A program made the position numbers and the translations under genes. A DNA stretch of 63,991 bases, filler included, from Basidioascus undulatus (lineage: Eukaryota), in NCBI GenBank assembly GCA_000826855.1. It is 5 parts of 5 records of this genome, joined end to end, with 100 filler letters (N's around TTAATTAATTAA, not from the genome) between each part and the next. Parts side by side here need not be neighbours in the genome. Positions count along the whole stretch, not along the records: positions 12,913 to 25,723 come from JTLS01000876.1; positions 25,824 to 38,632 come from JTLS01000877.1; 3 more parts are not named here. One strand, given 5' to 3'. Below are positions 13,185 to 26,198 of the stretch, piece after piece. The notes under the pieces were generated by a model. It was not told the origin of the DNA, did no database searches, and saw only the letters and a program-made list of their open reading frames with translations. Position 1 is the stretch's first letter. The number at the start of each line of letters is the position of its first letter.

Positions 13185-13625
13185 GGTGAAGAAGACGGGA
13201 GGAATGAAGGAGAAATGAACAGTTGAAAGTGATGCGTTGCGTGGGTTTCGCGTGACTGCTGGGCAGTTCGGCCGCATTGTGGAGTCAGCGAACGGCAGGC
13301 CAGCAGGATAGCGAACGGCAGGTCAGCAGGAAGATTTGGCTGCATTAATACATCCACCTTCAGAGCACTTTCCGTGATGAACGTCGAAGGCTGATCATAC
13401 GGGCCTTTATGCGTGTTGACGGTTGCGTAAAGTCCCCGCACCCCCGCTTGCTGTAGCACTCAGGGTCTGCAATCCAGCCGTGTTCCGTGTTCACTCACAA
13501 TGGGATAATCAGAAATGGATCTGCTTGCTTAGCTGTCGATGACCATGCCACGCAGAGCGATAAGGCCTGCGCTGGCAGGTGCCTATCCTTGCACGTTGTC
13601 AAGTCCAGTCAGCACGCGTGTACGT

Positions 13626-14501
13626 TTAAGACTCGTCCATGCCCCACGAATCGTCCGCCTGTCCAGCAGTCCCGACCGTCGCGCTCCTCCCCGGCGGCGC
13701 CCACAAGTCGTCCCCGGTCCCCGGCCCCCCAACGCTCTCCTCATCGCCCTCGCCCTCCCCGCCGAGCTTGCGGATCATCCCAAAGCTCTTGACAAAGAAC
13801 GGGCGGATCTCGTGCACCTCCATCTGCGCGATCCCCGTCATCTGCATCCCGTCCGCGTTCATCTTGAGCACGCCCTCGCGCGTCTTGGACTGCCGCACCT
13901 CGCGGATGTCCTTGAGCAGCGAGCGGACGTGCGCGGGGGAGAGGAGGTCGTCGGAGGCGCTGTGGGTCGCGGATGAGGGTGCAGGGGGAGTGAGTGAGGA
14001 TAGTGCGAGGTGGGGAAGGGAAGGGGGACGAACGCTTCGAGGATGGCGCGTGCGATCTCGATATATCGGAAGGGGAGGGCGGAGTACTGTCGATGCGAAG
14101 TCTCGTCCGACAGCTTTTCTTGTAGTGCTTCTGCGCGTACCCCCGTGAACATTCAGCCTTCACCGCCTTTATTATCCCTTCGACGATAAAGCATACTCAC
14201 CGACGCTCAACCAATCCGGAGGGACGATCGTGCACTGCTTCTTCCTCTTCAGATCCAGCGCCAGCCACAGGGGGACGGTCGCTTTCCGTGGCGGCTCGAA
14301 AGGGCCCCATACGCCCTGCTCAACACCGCACCATCCTCAGTATCTCTCATACCGATCCGGGGGAGAGATCCGACGGACGGAGAGTAACCGGATCTGGCCC
14401 ATGCGGAAGTTGGGCACGATCTCGAGCGTCGTTTCGGACGTGGCGATGAAGGTGAGCTCGGCGGGGGTCAGGCCTGGCCGGAGCGGGCGCGGGAGAGCCA
14501 T
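13626..14501 (-). CDS. PSF2: GINS complex subunit Psf2, multi-exon
   Basis: [102 protein letters not shown]. Confidence 0.93.
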
Positions 14502-15060
14502 TGGGTAAGAAAAATTAGGGGATGAGCTGAAGTGATAGGATGAGAAGCAAAAGTGAGAGGGGGATGAGAACGAGGGAGACGAGAGCGAAGGCGGCGCGTC
14601 GGGCACGCGTCGCATGAACGCGCATTTCCGACAATTGGATTCAGGCTCGGTCGAGGCTGCCCTTGGAAGGTAAAGGGGCATCCTCTCGCAAATCTCTTTA
14701 AAAAACCGAGAACCCCAACGTAGAAAAACTCTATTTCGATAATTCTAGCCACACTCACGGGAGCTCATGACGCAGGTTCTCAGCTGACTGCCTGTCCAAG
14801 TGCGACTCTACGCAATGGCCGGCAGTGGGGAGTCCAACTGTGTGAAGTTGAACGTGAGCGGTGTGTTGTTCAAAAATTCACCTACACAGCCTTTATATCC
14901 ATAAGTCATCGTGAAAGTTCAGCGAAGCTTCACTGCGAGGCAAGCTCCTGCGTGCAGCAGCGTCACACTTTCGAAAGCATCTCTCCCCAGCCCTCCTCTC
15001 TTTATTCGCTGATGCCGCCACTCCGTCTAGCCCATCGCCGGCCCCTTCCTCATAGCCGGT

Positions 15061-15669
15061 ATGACAGCCCCGGACAAGATCGATCCCCTCCGCGGCCATT
15101 GCTACTGCCAGTTCACGACGTTCAAGTTGCACGCCGACCCGACCATTGCGAACATGAAGATGTCCGCATACTCGCATTCCCCGGCCGATCAGAAGCTACA
15201 TGGTGCACCGTGAGTCTTTTAGCTCATTGGTGTCATAGATATGTGGGCTATGCTGATAGAGGGACATCCTAGATTCGTCTGGACTACGAAGTGGAGCAAG
15301 AACGCGGTCGAATGGGAGAACCTGGAGCTGCTGTCGAAGTACGAGAACAAGCGCGGGAGGACGTGCAAGCTGCGGTGCCCGGAGTGCGGGAGTCCCGTGG
15401 GAGGGTGGAATGCCGAGAAGCAGGAGTACGTTGCCCATCCGTTGTAGTACCCTTTGAGCGGGACAGCCACTGACCGTTGCGCTGAGGGCAACAGGTGGAC
15501 GATATGGCCGCCCTCGACCCTCGCTCGGGATGAGGAGGGAAGAATAATTGGTGGAGAGAGACTGAAACCTACTATGCACATCAACTACGGGCCGGCACAC
15601 CTGGTGGATCTCGATGACGGTTTGGAGAAGTGGGAGGGCTTGCCGCGGCAGTCGCGGAGGATTGCTTGA
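15061..15669 (+). CDS. GFA/Mss4-like (CENP-V/Gfa) domain protein, 3 exons, non-canonical second zinc site
   Basis: LRGHCYC ... AYSHSPADQKLHGAP|FVW ... RCPECGSPV ... KPTMHINYG..VDLDDGLEKWEG. Introns about 15210-15272 and 15427-15494. Confidence 0.8.
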
Positions 15670-16598
15670 AATATGGGTGCATGGCTTCCCTTGGTGGATC
15701 AGTTGTAAAACTGATAAGTGGTTGCGACCCGTGGCTTGTAGAACCCTTCTTGCCAAGAGGGAGCAGGATGGGAATTGCGAGAGGGGAAGGTGCCTCGATT
15801 CAAGCGGGCCACACATCGGCAAGCGTGGCACGAGGAGAACCACCTTAGCAAAGAACTGGCTGTACAGGAGAATGAAAAGAAACCCATCCTGCTCGTGTAA
15901 CTGGTAGTGTCACTGAGGAATATCATTACGATCGCCTACCGGTGCTCCATTGCACCTTTGCAACGCTCGAGACGCAGGCTCGCCAGTCGAAGGCTTGCTG
16001 TGCACATACGAAACCAACGACAGTTTTGAACTAGCCGTATAAGTGTAGCAGGTGGTTATTTTCAGTTCCAAACGAGACATGCTCAGCGCTTCTCCGATCA
16101 AGTCGGAAGGACGCTCATGGATAGTGAAGATTTGACGGGCGAGACAGCGCTGCTGCACGGGGTTCATGCCCACTCTACAAAAAGAAATGTCAGGGTTCTC
16201 AAGCATCGAAGTTTCTATTTAAGTCCAAGCTGAAGAATCAACTCGCTTCAGCGCTCGCTGTGACGTGCAAGCAAAATATAGCGCACATGTCCATCATGCG
16301 CTCAGCCGACATCGCAAGCCTCATGTGCACACAACAGGGCCAACATACGCAGCACCCTGACGAGAGCAGCAAGAGACACGGGTATGCCTATCGATCCTCC
16401 CGTCGTTCATGCGACAACCCCGTATTCAACCACAACGTGCGCCCCCCCCTTTTACTCATCCCACCCAGCCGCATACCGAGATCGTCGAGTCCTCACAGAG
16501 ACCGCGTCCCTCGCCCAGATGCCCGATGTGGGAGTGCGAGAAGGTCTATCAAACGGGGCCTTCCGTCTCGACCGATCACGACGTTGCACGGCTCGACA

Positions 16599-17756
16599 TC
16601 ACCATGTCAGATCCCGAATGCGTGAACCTCGCCCACGACGTTGAAGATCGCGCGCATACTTAGAGCGGATACGCATTGCAGCACTGTAAACGGCCCCGCC
16701 TTGTCGTAAGCTAAGGACCAAAGCAGAAGAGAGGGGGGCGGGCGGTGCGGAGGGATAGGCAGACGGGAGCACGAACCTATTTGTGTTTCGACCAGTCGAC
16801 CTTCTGGTGATCAACTCCGCAATGCCACGCGCCTTTTCAGCGGCAAAGACTTCTCGCAGCGGATGTCGCAGATCTCGAAGACGAACTCTGCCGCCACGCC
16901 AGCGTGGTGCGCATTTGTACAGAGTGTACGAAGCGTTGCTTCGCTCAGCGGTCCCGGTCGCTTGCACGGCGACTTGCTCCAAGTGCTCACGCGGCTTGCT
17001 TCGCAGCGACTCGCGGAGAAGCAGGCGCAAGACAGCGTCAAGCGGGAAAGGACGTAAGCAGTGTCCGAGGGAGTACTGAAGGCGCAAGGCGATCAAACGC
17101 TGGCGCTTGAGGAGTTTTTGAACGCCGAGGGAAAGCTCCCAGAGCGCCCAAGGCTGGCGAAGGTGAGTCTCGTGCGACGACTCGAGGGCAGCGTCCGAAG
17201 GCCACCACTTGGGCGATGCGCAGGACAAGACCTTGCGCGTTCGCGTTTCGATCCACATCGCGTCCGAAGGGAGGTCAAGGACGTCCTGAGATGATAGGGA
17301 GATATGCACGACAGCGCTCTCCAGCCAGGGCGTCATGGCTTGGATTGTCGAGCGAATGGCAGCGAGCGTGTCGAACATCGGATCGTAGAGGCTCGGATCC
17401 GACGCCGGACGAAAGATGGTGATCTCGATTTCGACATCTTGCTCGGCGCTGCCACTCGAAGAAGAAGCGAAGGCGTCCACGAACTCCTTCGTAATGAAGT
17501 CGCGGCTGATCTGGTCCACCCGCACAAGCGCGAGGCGGTCGCTCCTTGACGATGACGTGACAAGTACGGGCTCGCCCGGCCCCAATCGATCGACGCACAG
17601 GCCCGAGACTGAAGACTTAGGATCGACGACGCCGAAGCAGGACGGCCAGAGCGCGGCGTTGTTTCAAAGAGTAATCTCGAACTGGTTGTCAAGGGGAATC
17701 CAATCGGGTATGCGAGGCCGGATGGGGAAATCGAGTGTTTGAATCGAGAGCGGCAT
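16599..17756 (-). pseudogene. Hypothetical protein ORF interrupted by one in-frame TGA
   Basis: ATG at 17756 gives 30 codons, then TGA at 17664-17666, then the same frame stays open for about 355 codons to 16599. No family recognised. Confidence 0.4.
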
Positions 17757-18250
17757 GGTGGCTGTGCGCGAAGCATCAAGATGGGCGGTCGAGACGAGGA
17801 AGCTAGGGGCGAGGTCGAGGTTCACGAACGATCGAAGGCGGGCCGCGCACGTTCACTTAACAATCGACGTCGATGGATTGCCTGATACGGCTTTCGTTGA
17901 GCTGTTGGATGATCAGAGCGGAGGTGTGTAGATGAGGTTGAAAGGAAGAAGAGCAGGCAGTGAGCGGTGATTCAGAAATGCGGCCTGCCATTCAATTTCG
18001 GATGGAGGGTGAATTCACAGCCCGCTTCCGCTCTCAGTTCACTTGTGTAGATCAGTGCTTGACCTATGTAGATTTACAGAAACGAAATTGGGTTTAAAAA
18101 TATTTCAAAAGAGTAGAGGGCCTCGTCAGAAGACATCAGCAATATCGCGACGCGGGCTTGACTTTTCGTATACCCTTTCGTAGTGTTCGTCCATGCAGGC
18201 CATGCCGCCGTAGCCCAGGAGCGCATCAGGTATGATGCAATAAGCGCTAT

Positions 18251-18298
18251 TCGTATCAGACCGTAAAACATGGATCGTATCAGATCGTAAAGCATGGA
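18251..18298. repeat. 24-bp tandem duplication (2 copies)
   Basis: tcgtatcagaccgtaaaacatgga / tcgtatcagatcgtaaagcatgga, just downstream of the Kre9-like stop codon. Confidence 0.75.
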
Positions 18299-18312
18299 TC
18301 AGAAGGATGTAA

Positions 18313-19240
18313 TCATGCAACCACCAGCAACCCCCACAGCAGCAAGAAGAGAGCCGTGGCGCCCATCGTCTCGACGGCGAATGTAGCCGCGACCGACCCA
18401 TTGTCAGATCCAGAAGGACCTTCATTCGGCTGTACACCCTCCGAGGAGCTGCGCGCCGGCGCCTGGCCCGTCTGCGTCGGGGTCGTACGCGAAGAGGTAG
18501 GGATGGTCGTCGGCGCGGGCTCGGCTGTGGGCGAAGCCATCATCGCAATGTCAGTGCGCTTAGCCGAATGCTGCTACGGGAATCGGTCCCGAAAAGCCAT
18601 ACAAAAGCTGTTTCACGTACTGCCAGAGTCACGAACCTCGAACTGTGTGGAAGCATAAACGTCGTTGATGTCTAGGATGTTGACCAAGCTGAGCCTGTAT
18701 CCCGGGCTGCACAAGGAAACATCACTGTCCTCGTCAGAGTATTCGCTAAGAACCCAGCACTCAGTATCACAAAACGTACCCAGGTGGGACCGAGAGCGGG
18801 ATGACCGAAACATTCCCCCGCGTAACAGGGACATTGTTTGCGAGGGCCTATCCCGTTACCCACGCACATTGGGTACGGTCGGTACCGAGTGAGCTGCGAC
18901 CGCTTCGACGACGCAAAGGGCACAATAGAAAGACGCACCAGCATTCCTCCATACACCTTTTTAGGGTCGGAATGGCTGAGCTCGACATTGAACGCATCTG
19001 GCGTGTCGCCTTCCGAATCGGCGCGCCAGGCGACAAAGTTGGTCGTGTTGTCCACCCAATACGATCCAGCGCTCGGGGAAACGATCGTCAGAGCCGCTGT
19101 GGTGGTGTTGAGAGGGCCAAACGGGTTATTCCCCGCAAGGCGTGCAATCAAGGCATAGCTTGTTGAGTCGTGGAAATGGGCGCACCAAATGCCGCCTGTG
19201 CGAAGAGCACAGCCAAGGGGAGCACGAGCAAGACATGCAT
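18313..19240 (-). CDS. Ser/Thr-rich GPI-anchored cell-wall protein with Kre9/Knh1-like N-terminal domain
   Basis: Signal peptide MHVLLVLPLAVLFAQAAF; LTIVSPSAGSYWVDNTTNFVAW...PDAFNVELSH; PGYRLSLVNILDINDVYASTQFEVR; S/T/P-rich stalk; hydrophobic GPI signal ATALFLLLWGLLVVA*. Confidence 0.8.
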
Positions 19241-19764
19241 GATTTTACTGGTATGATGGAGCCGCACGATGTTCTGTGAAGAAAGGTGTATGAGACAAAG
19301 CAGAAGCGAGTGGCGGCTGCACAAGAGCTGATGAAGGGCAGGCGGATGTGTCGAGCATCGGGAACTTGCGGGAGTGGTCTCGGATGTGCGCGAGCATCAC
19401 TAGACAAGTCATGGCCGCGTGGACACCCGTCAAATATGGATATGGATGCACAATAAGGCAGGAAGGCAGTGAGCGAGAGGAGCATTGCAGGATGCAGCGT
19501 GCGAAATAAATCGGTCGAATGCAGCGCGAAGCGTTGACGTGAGCTGAACGTGAGAGCGAGGGAGGGTGACTACGTAGACGAAACAGCTACTACTGTAGTG
19601 TTCTAGATGCAGGAAATGACGAGAAGGAGAGTGAGGCGTTTTGTGTTTTAGTACTATGTGTGTTGTACTCGAATACAAAAGATGACCGTCGTGCGTGCCC
19701 AAGTGCGTCTGCAAATCCACATCCACTGTCCATCACGAGAAACTCAGCAAAAGGGAGTCCTATC

Positions 19765-21840
19765 TCAGAGCGCCATCGCGGCACCAAGGACCGCAGCGAC
19801 AGCGACGGCGATGCCAGAGCGGACCGCTCGCCCGGTGCTCGCACCGTTGTCACCCGAGGATTTGGAGCCTGCGCCCGTGCCGGTCGAGCTCGCGTCGCCG
19901 ATGGTCGGGCTAGGGACCGAGCCCGTCTCGGTCTGCGTCGCGATCGCCTGGTCCGAGAGCGCAGCGAACCCGACCGCAGCAGGGTTGTAGCGGAAGACGG
20001 TGTAGTAGTTCTTCATGAGGGTGCTGCAAGCACAATGGAGGCGATCAGTCGCTGATTAAGGCATGAGAAGGATCACAAAGGGGGTATAAAACGACACGCA
20101 CTCGCCAATAACCCATTGAATCGATTGGGAGGTCTCAGACGACGCGCCGTCTTCGAGCGCAAAGATCGCGCCCTGGCACCGCCCGTCGTTGAGCGTGTTG
20201 AAGATCAAGTCTTGCGGGTTCACCGCGTACTGCTGGCCGTCGAAAGTGAAGTAGACCTGTGCGCGTGTCATGCACCGATCAGCTGAACCGCTCATGAGCG
20301 CTGGGCCAGGCGGGAAGAAAACCAACCCTTGAGCTCGTGTCGCACGGGTACGTCCAGTACCCCTCAAGCGCTCCAGTGCCCTCCTGCGCGCCGTCAATGG
20401 CAGCGTAGATCTTGGCAACGTCTTCAGACGGCCCGCCGATGAGGGTCGTGCCGCTGTCGATCGCGGCGCCGAGTGTGAAGCTGGGAGTGAAGACGGCGTC
20501 GGAGTCGACTTGGATGGCTGTGTACCACCAAAATTCCAGGTCAGCAGTGCAGCTGGATTCGGATAACATGGATGAAACGGACAGTCAAGTTTGATGCGCC
20601 AGTAGTCCTCGGCAAGCAGGCTGTGGTACGTGATGCCGCCCGTGTACAGCGACGAGTCAAGCTCGCCGAGGGTGAACGTCCCGCCGGGCTCGAGCTGGTT
20701 GCTGTTGTAGATCGGTTGACCACGCATGCGAGTGACTGGCGGATGAGGAGACACACAACTGTCAGTATGCAATGCAGGGCGATGCGTCGACGGGGCAGAG
20801 ATTAGAGCTGGACGGTGGACGCACGGTAGAAGCTCATAGTGTCGTTGGCCGAAATCATGTTCTTCTCCGCAAGGGTTTGCCCTGTGCGAGCGTGACGGGA
20901 ACAGTCAGACGCTGTTGGCGCTGGGGGGGAGGATGGCCAATCGGACTAACAGAACGGCGTAGACTGGTCCGGTGCCAGACGCTCCCATCCGAGACCGAGA
21001 ATCCCAGAGACGGGCGTCGTGATGAGCGGGTCTTGAGCGTCGAACGCAACGTCTGTGAACAGAGGGGCACTATCATGAGCAAGATGATCGACTGCCCCTG
21101 AGAGATGGCATACTCACTAACGGCCGAATCCGTCAACGAGTAGTCTCCGAGCTGCACAGTGTCCGTTCCAGCCCAGCTGTAGACCATGAAATACCAAATC
21201 AGCACCAGCTCCCGGCAGGAAAGCACCGAGGCCAAGCACCGCTACGCACACATAGGTCGTTCCGCTACCGTACGCGAGCTTGTACGACGACGAGGAGTTT
21301 GTCCACGTGCTGCTTGCGCCAACATTGAAACCCTCGCCGACCTCGTATTGAGAGTTTTGGAGGTATGCGGACAGCTCCTGCGAGGTGAGCCAGAGAGTGG
21401 AGCTGCCCGTGTCGAGGATGACTTGGAAAGCCTGCGACGGCGTGCCGACGCCGATGGTCGCGTAATAGGACCTGATTCAGCATTCTCCAGTTCAATAAAC
21501 CCGGCCCGGTTGTCGCATCCAGTAGAACGAAGGGAAGGAAGACGCACGCATCCGTCCCCTGATTGACGATATCAATGACGCTCCGCCTCTCCAAGCTGCG
21601 CTCCTCCACCTTGCGCTTCCCCAGCTTCGTCCCGTACTTCCGCCTGAGCTTACCGCCGACACGACGGAGGACCTCTCGGCGCTCGTGGTCCGTGCGAGCG
21701 TGCACATGGGGATTCCGTCGTGTGAGGGGCAGCGAGAGTGACCTCCTCTGGGATGGAGCGGGCTGTGGCGGGGCGGAGCTCGCTAATGCTGATGCCGTGA
21801 TGGCGAGCGAGAGCGCGAGGAGCGGGAGGGGCGCGTGCAT
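19765..21840 (-). CDS. Pepsin-like (A1) aspartic protease, probably GPI-anchored (yapsin-like), multi-exon
   Basis: Signal peptide and basic propeptide; catalytic motifs VILDTGSSTLWL and AAIDSGTTLIGGP; WVIG..FMKNYYTVFRYNPAAVGFAAL; S/T/G-rich tail with a hydrophobic C-terminus. Confidence 0.93.
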
Positions 21841-23400
21841 TGCGCTGGCGAGGTCAATGAGGTGGAAAGAAGACGGATGGACGCGGATGTGTTGGAGATG
21901 AAGGGGTAGAGATGGGTGTAGATCGAAGGCGATTAAAGATGTCTAAGGGGCAGCGTGTGCACTAACGGGCTTGAAGCGTCAGGGGAAGGGGGGGGGGAGT
22001 TGGGGGAGCTATGGCGGGTGAAATTGGATGATGGTGGTACAAAAGTAAGGAAGAGGAGGAGGAGCAGGTCCTCCTCTTGGCGACCTGATCGTGACGAGAA
22101 TCATGCTGCCGAGGCGGGGCTACTTTCGTCGCGCTGCGGAGAGCGCAGCCCCAAGTTCGAAGCCGCCAACGTTGCCGCCTGCGGGCCCCGACGCCGCCTG
22201 CGGCCTCAACGCTTGCACCGCCCGTCTCTCGAACTCGCTGACTCTTTTTGTATCTTCTTTTTCTGGAGGAACTGGCCGCTTGGAATCTCAAAACTTGGTT
22301 CTTTCTCGATCGCCATCATCATCCGGACATCGGAGTCCTCGAGGTCTGGAGCGGCGCCGCCTCTGGCGATCACCCAAACTGATGACTGCTTCATTATGGA
22401 GTATGAAACCGTTCTCGGCTCACTCAGCCTCGACGGAGTCCATTGTCATTCTGTCACCATAAGAACCATCAAGCGCTCGCAGCCACAGACCTCGATAATT
22501 TTCATCGATCGACAGTGGCAACACTGACAAACGCTCACTGGCAAGATGATTTGCGCGCAGTCGGCCTCTCTTCTATTGTTTTTTCTGGCGTACACACCGC
22601 CACCGCAGCAGGCCAGATCAAGCGGCGGCGCAGCCAACTACAAATGACCGCAGTCAGCAAACTCCTCAGTCCTTCTGTGTGCAGACGGAAAGGGCATTGT
22701 GCACAGCATTGTCCGCCTTGCCAAGGCGACGTCAAAGGGCCCCAAGGCCAAATGTGTTCTAAGCAATTCCGAGTAACCGAGCTGAACCACGCTGTCGCAA
22801 GCCCGTTCTAAAAGATAGCAGCATCCACGCCGAACATCAACAGGAGATACCGAAAGCCCGAAAGCTGTAAACATGAGGGTGTGCAGAGCGTGTCGCAAGG
22901 CACAGTCGCAGTCGCGAGTTTCAACGGCAACCTGCAGGGGCTCAGACTCGTCGCGTTGGCTCACCCTCCGACCCTCAGTCTTTATACCCCCAGTATGTTA
23001 CATTGCGCTGAGCGTGTTGCATCGTTGCAGCAGAAAAGATGTGAAAGCGTTTGCCCCTGCAACTGCACCGTTGGGTCAGCTTGGCAAGTTGATTGCAACA
23101 GACCTTTGGTAAGCATGCGAATAACTAAATAGAACGTAAGATTATAGACGACGGTATGTAGTATGAAGCAACAGTCTGGCTCTAGGATGGTCCATAAAGG
23201 TGTAGAGACTCGATGGACTACAGCGACGAAAAGCGGGCGCATCCTTTCGAAATTGATGTCGTTTTCTGCACTTGAATCCAGCACCTTCCGAGTCTGGCGC
23301 GCTCCGCTGACCCCTTCCGGTAAGGACCCAGGCAGCCAGCAGCGTTACTGTGCACGGTCCATCTCCGGTCCACATCAATCCCAGCTCCGATCCCAACCCT

Positions 23401-25723
23401 CTACTTCTTCCCTCCCAACCCGAGCGCAGCCATCCGCGCCTCCGCCGCGCGCGCCCTCCGTTCCCTCTCCACCCGCGCCCTCATCTCCGGCGTGAGCCCG
23501 GCCACACCCGACTCCCCGCTCCCCGCGCCACCCAGCTTCTGGGGTCCTCCTCTCCCCGCACCAGCGGGCGGCTCCAGCACCGGCGCGGGCTCATCGAGCA
23601 CCGGCTCCGGCGCCGGCCTGCTCGCCTGGCGCTCCTTCATGCGCTCCTTCAGACCCCTCCTGCGCTCCTTCCCCTTCTCCTCCTGGCGCTCCTCCATCTC
23701 GCTCGTCAGGGCGCTAGGCACGCGGGCCGCCCCGACCCAGTCGCACCGCCCCGGGTCGTCCGCCATCGCGCGCCGGAAGACGTTGCGCGTCTCGCGCGAG
23801 GGAGCCAGATCGTACGCTACCGTTGGGCCGCGCGTCGGGTCTGCCCGCCGGGTGAGCAGGAGATACTGCGTTAGGGCGGGGTGGTCCGACTGCGCGGCGA
23901 GCTGGAGGAGCGTGCGCGCGTCGCCGGGGAGGAAGGGCGGGAAGGCGCGGTCGATGTCGACGTCGGTGTCGATTCCGTCGAGCGAAGGGAGGAGCTGCGC
24001 CCCGTGCTTGTCGAGGAACGAGACGAGCGCGTCTTGCCTGCCCCGGCGCACGATGTCCACCAGCCGCGCCCACCGGTCGTGGAACGCCTCTTCCTCCGCC
24101 GAGAGCTTCACGGGCATGGCCTTGGGTGCGGGCGCGGGCGCGGGCGCGGAGGGCTTGGGCTTCGGGCGGGGGGCGAGCGACGCAAGCCACGCGTCGTCTT
24201 GCGCTTGGAGCGCGGAGGCGGAGAGGAAGGTCGTCTTTGGGCGGGTCAGCTCGGTGAAGCAGCGGAGGAGCTCGTTGTGGGTCTGCACGTGCCCGAAAAA
24301 TGTGATTAGCTACTACGTCCTGCTAATTCCGCAGAGGAATGGACGCACAGGTCGCCGAGTGGGGAACGGGAACGCCCGGATCCGGTCGTCCTCTGCGGAT
24401 TATGATTCCCAATCAGCCATCACCTCTAACGGGATAGAGAAAGAAAGAGCAGAACGCACTCTGATCCAGCGCGCCCTCCTGATCCCCAAACAAAACCCTC
24501 CGGTTGGCGCTGCTGCTCGCGCGGACGAAGATCCGCTCACTCGCGTCGACGTCGTCCTTCCACTCGGCGAGGAGGTTGCGGATGTCCTGTTGTCCCACAC
24601 AAGCAATGTTAGCTGGAGAGGAGGAAGAAGGAGAGGAAGGGGAAGAGGGAAGAGGGAGCAACGCACGTCCGCCAGCGCCTGCTCGTTGTACCTTCTCAGC
24701 TGTGCGCCGGCCGACTTAGCGTTCCCCTTCGCCTGGTCGTTGCTCGACTGCGCGCCACCCTGCTTCCTTCTGGCTATTCCCCAACACCCACCACCCCACA
24801 TCAGCTCATCCTCCTTCCCGCTTCCCCATCAACACTTCGGCCACTCACTAGTATACCGATGGAATGTCTTCTGTCTCAACACCTCGCCGACCTCCCAGTC
24901 CTCCCCGCCCCCGACTTTCTTCCCCCGCTTCACAACGCGCGGCACAAGACTAATGACCATCCCCGCGAAGTGTCCGCCGCCTATCATAATCAGGGTCCAC
25001 CTCCTGGGCCCTCCCTCACCCGCCTCCACCTTGCCCTTCTTCGCCACCTCGAGCTGCAGGTTCCGCAGCGCGCCGAGGTAGTCTGCGCTCGCCCCGGACG
25101 CGCGCAGGAGATTGGAGGGGAAGAGCGCGCGGTACAGGCCCAGCTGCACGGGCGCCTCCGCGGTGAGGGAGAACCAGACAAGGGGCGTGCGTGCAAGTGC
25201 ACGCTGCGCGTTGTACGCGGCCTCTTCCGCCTCCTCCGCTTCATCGGCCCCGGCCGAGGCGGAGGCGCCCGGGCGAGAGAGACGCTGCTTCTTGAGCAGC
25301 GTAGCCACCGCGTCCGTGTCCGACGCGGAACCCTCCCCTTCGGAAGAGCCGGAGTCCTCGCTCCCCGAGAGGCTCGAGAGGCCTGCGTACGCCACTTGGT
25401 GAGCGGAAGGGGAGGATGGGGGCAAGAGGGAAGGGAGACGCGCACCATCCATCAGCTCATCAAACTGCTCCTCCGACACGGGCTCCTTCCCCGCCATGCG
25501 CAGCTTCACACAGTAGCGGTACCAGTCGCTCCGCAGGTGCGCGCGCAGCTCCTCGACTGTGTCGAAGCGCGCGCCGGTGGTGGAGCACACGAAGCGGCCG
25601 GCGCCTCCCCCCAGGGTGGGCTGGACATCGGGTTGGTCTTGGGGAGATCCGGGCTCGGGTGAGGGGGGCTCGGGCTGGGGTGAGGGCTCGGGCGCGGCGG
25701 AGACGGTGCGGAGCTGGAGGGTG
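23401..25723 (-). CDS. VMS1: Vms1/ANKZF1 ribosome-quality-control factor (5' end lost in gap)
   Basis: C2H2 finger CSTTGARF..LRAHLRSDWYRY; VLRF1 domain LIMIGGGHFAG, KTFHRYT.RRKQGGAQSSND, KSAGAQLRRYNEQAL, FPFPTRRP..NELLRCFTEL; ankyrin LLQLAA..ADPT; VIM RERRARAAEARM. Confidence 0.93.
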
Positions 25724-25823
25724 NNNNNNNNNNNNNNNNNNNNNNNNNNNNNNNNNNNNNNNNNNNNTTAATTAATTAANNNNNNNNNNNNNNNNNNNNN
25801 NNNNNNNNNNNNNNNNNNNNNNN
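25724..25823. other. Artificial contig spacer
   Basis: N44-TTAATTAATTAA-N44. Confidence 0.97.
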
Positions 25824-26198
25824 GTCCTTCTCCCCTTCCCACCCATTCACTTATCCTTAGCCTTGTTGCCTTGCCGCACGCACATGGAAACAACGGAACG
25901 GAGTTCTCACGAATGCAAGCACCGCGGAGCAGCCCATGATGTAGTCGAGGACGTTCTGAAGAGCATAGCCGGACAGCACGCCTTGGAGCGCGAAGCCGAG
26001 CGCGGTGGTGCCCAGCGGGATGGCGACCGCCCATAGCGGTGCGAACATGGACGCGCGCAGACGCCAGAGCCACTCTCGATCCGCTGGCGACGCGTTGGAG
26101 CGCAAGGCGTGCCACGCTCGGAGGTGAGCGTTTGCGCCGAGGACGATGCCGGTCAGTGCGGAGGCTGCGAAGAGGATGAGCCCGGGCGTGATCGACAT
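25824..26198 (-). CDS. 5' part of a hypothetical multi-pass membrane protein (3' end lost in gap)
   Basis: MSITPGLILFAASALTGIVLG... with about three hydrophobic segments, then a GTGAGA donor near 25910. Confidence 0.45.

Noticed and set aside
10950..14501. ORC4 and PSF2 as a DNA-replication gene cluster
   Set aside because: They are separated by an artificial contig join and a proteasome gene fragment, so real adjacency is unproven.
23492..25081. 529-aa + strand ORF, and similar long antisense ORFs such as 2737-4107 and 49717-50910
   Set aside because: Shadow ORFs opposite GC-rich real genes (VMS1, RSM25/RRB1, PRCC/ATG11) with low-complexity Ser/Arg/Ala content and no motifs.
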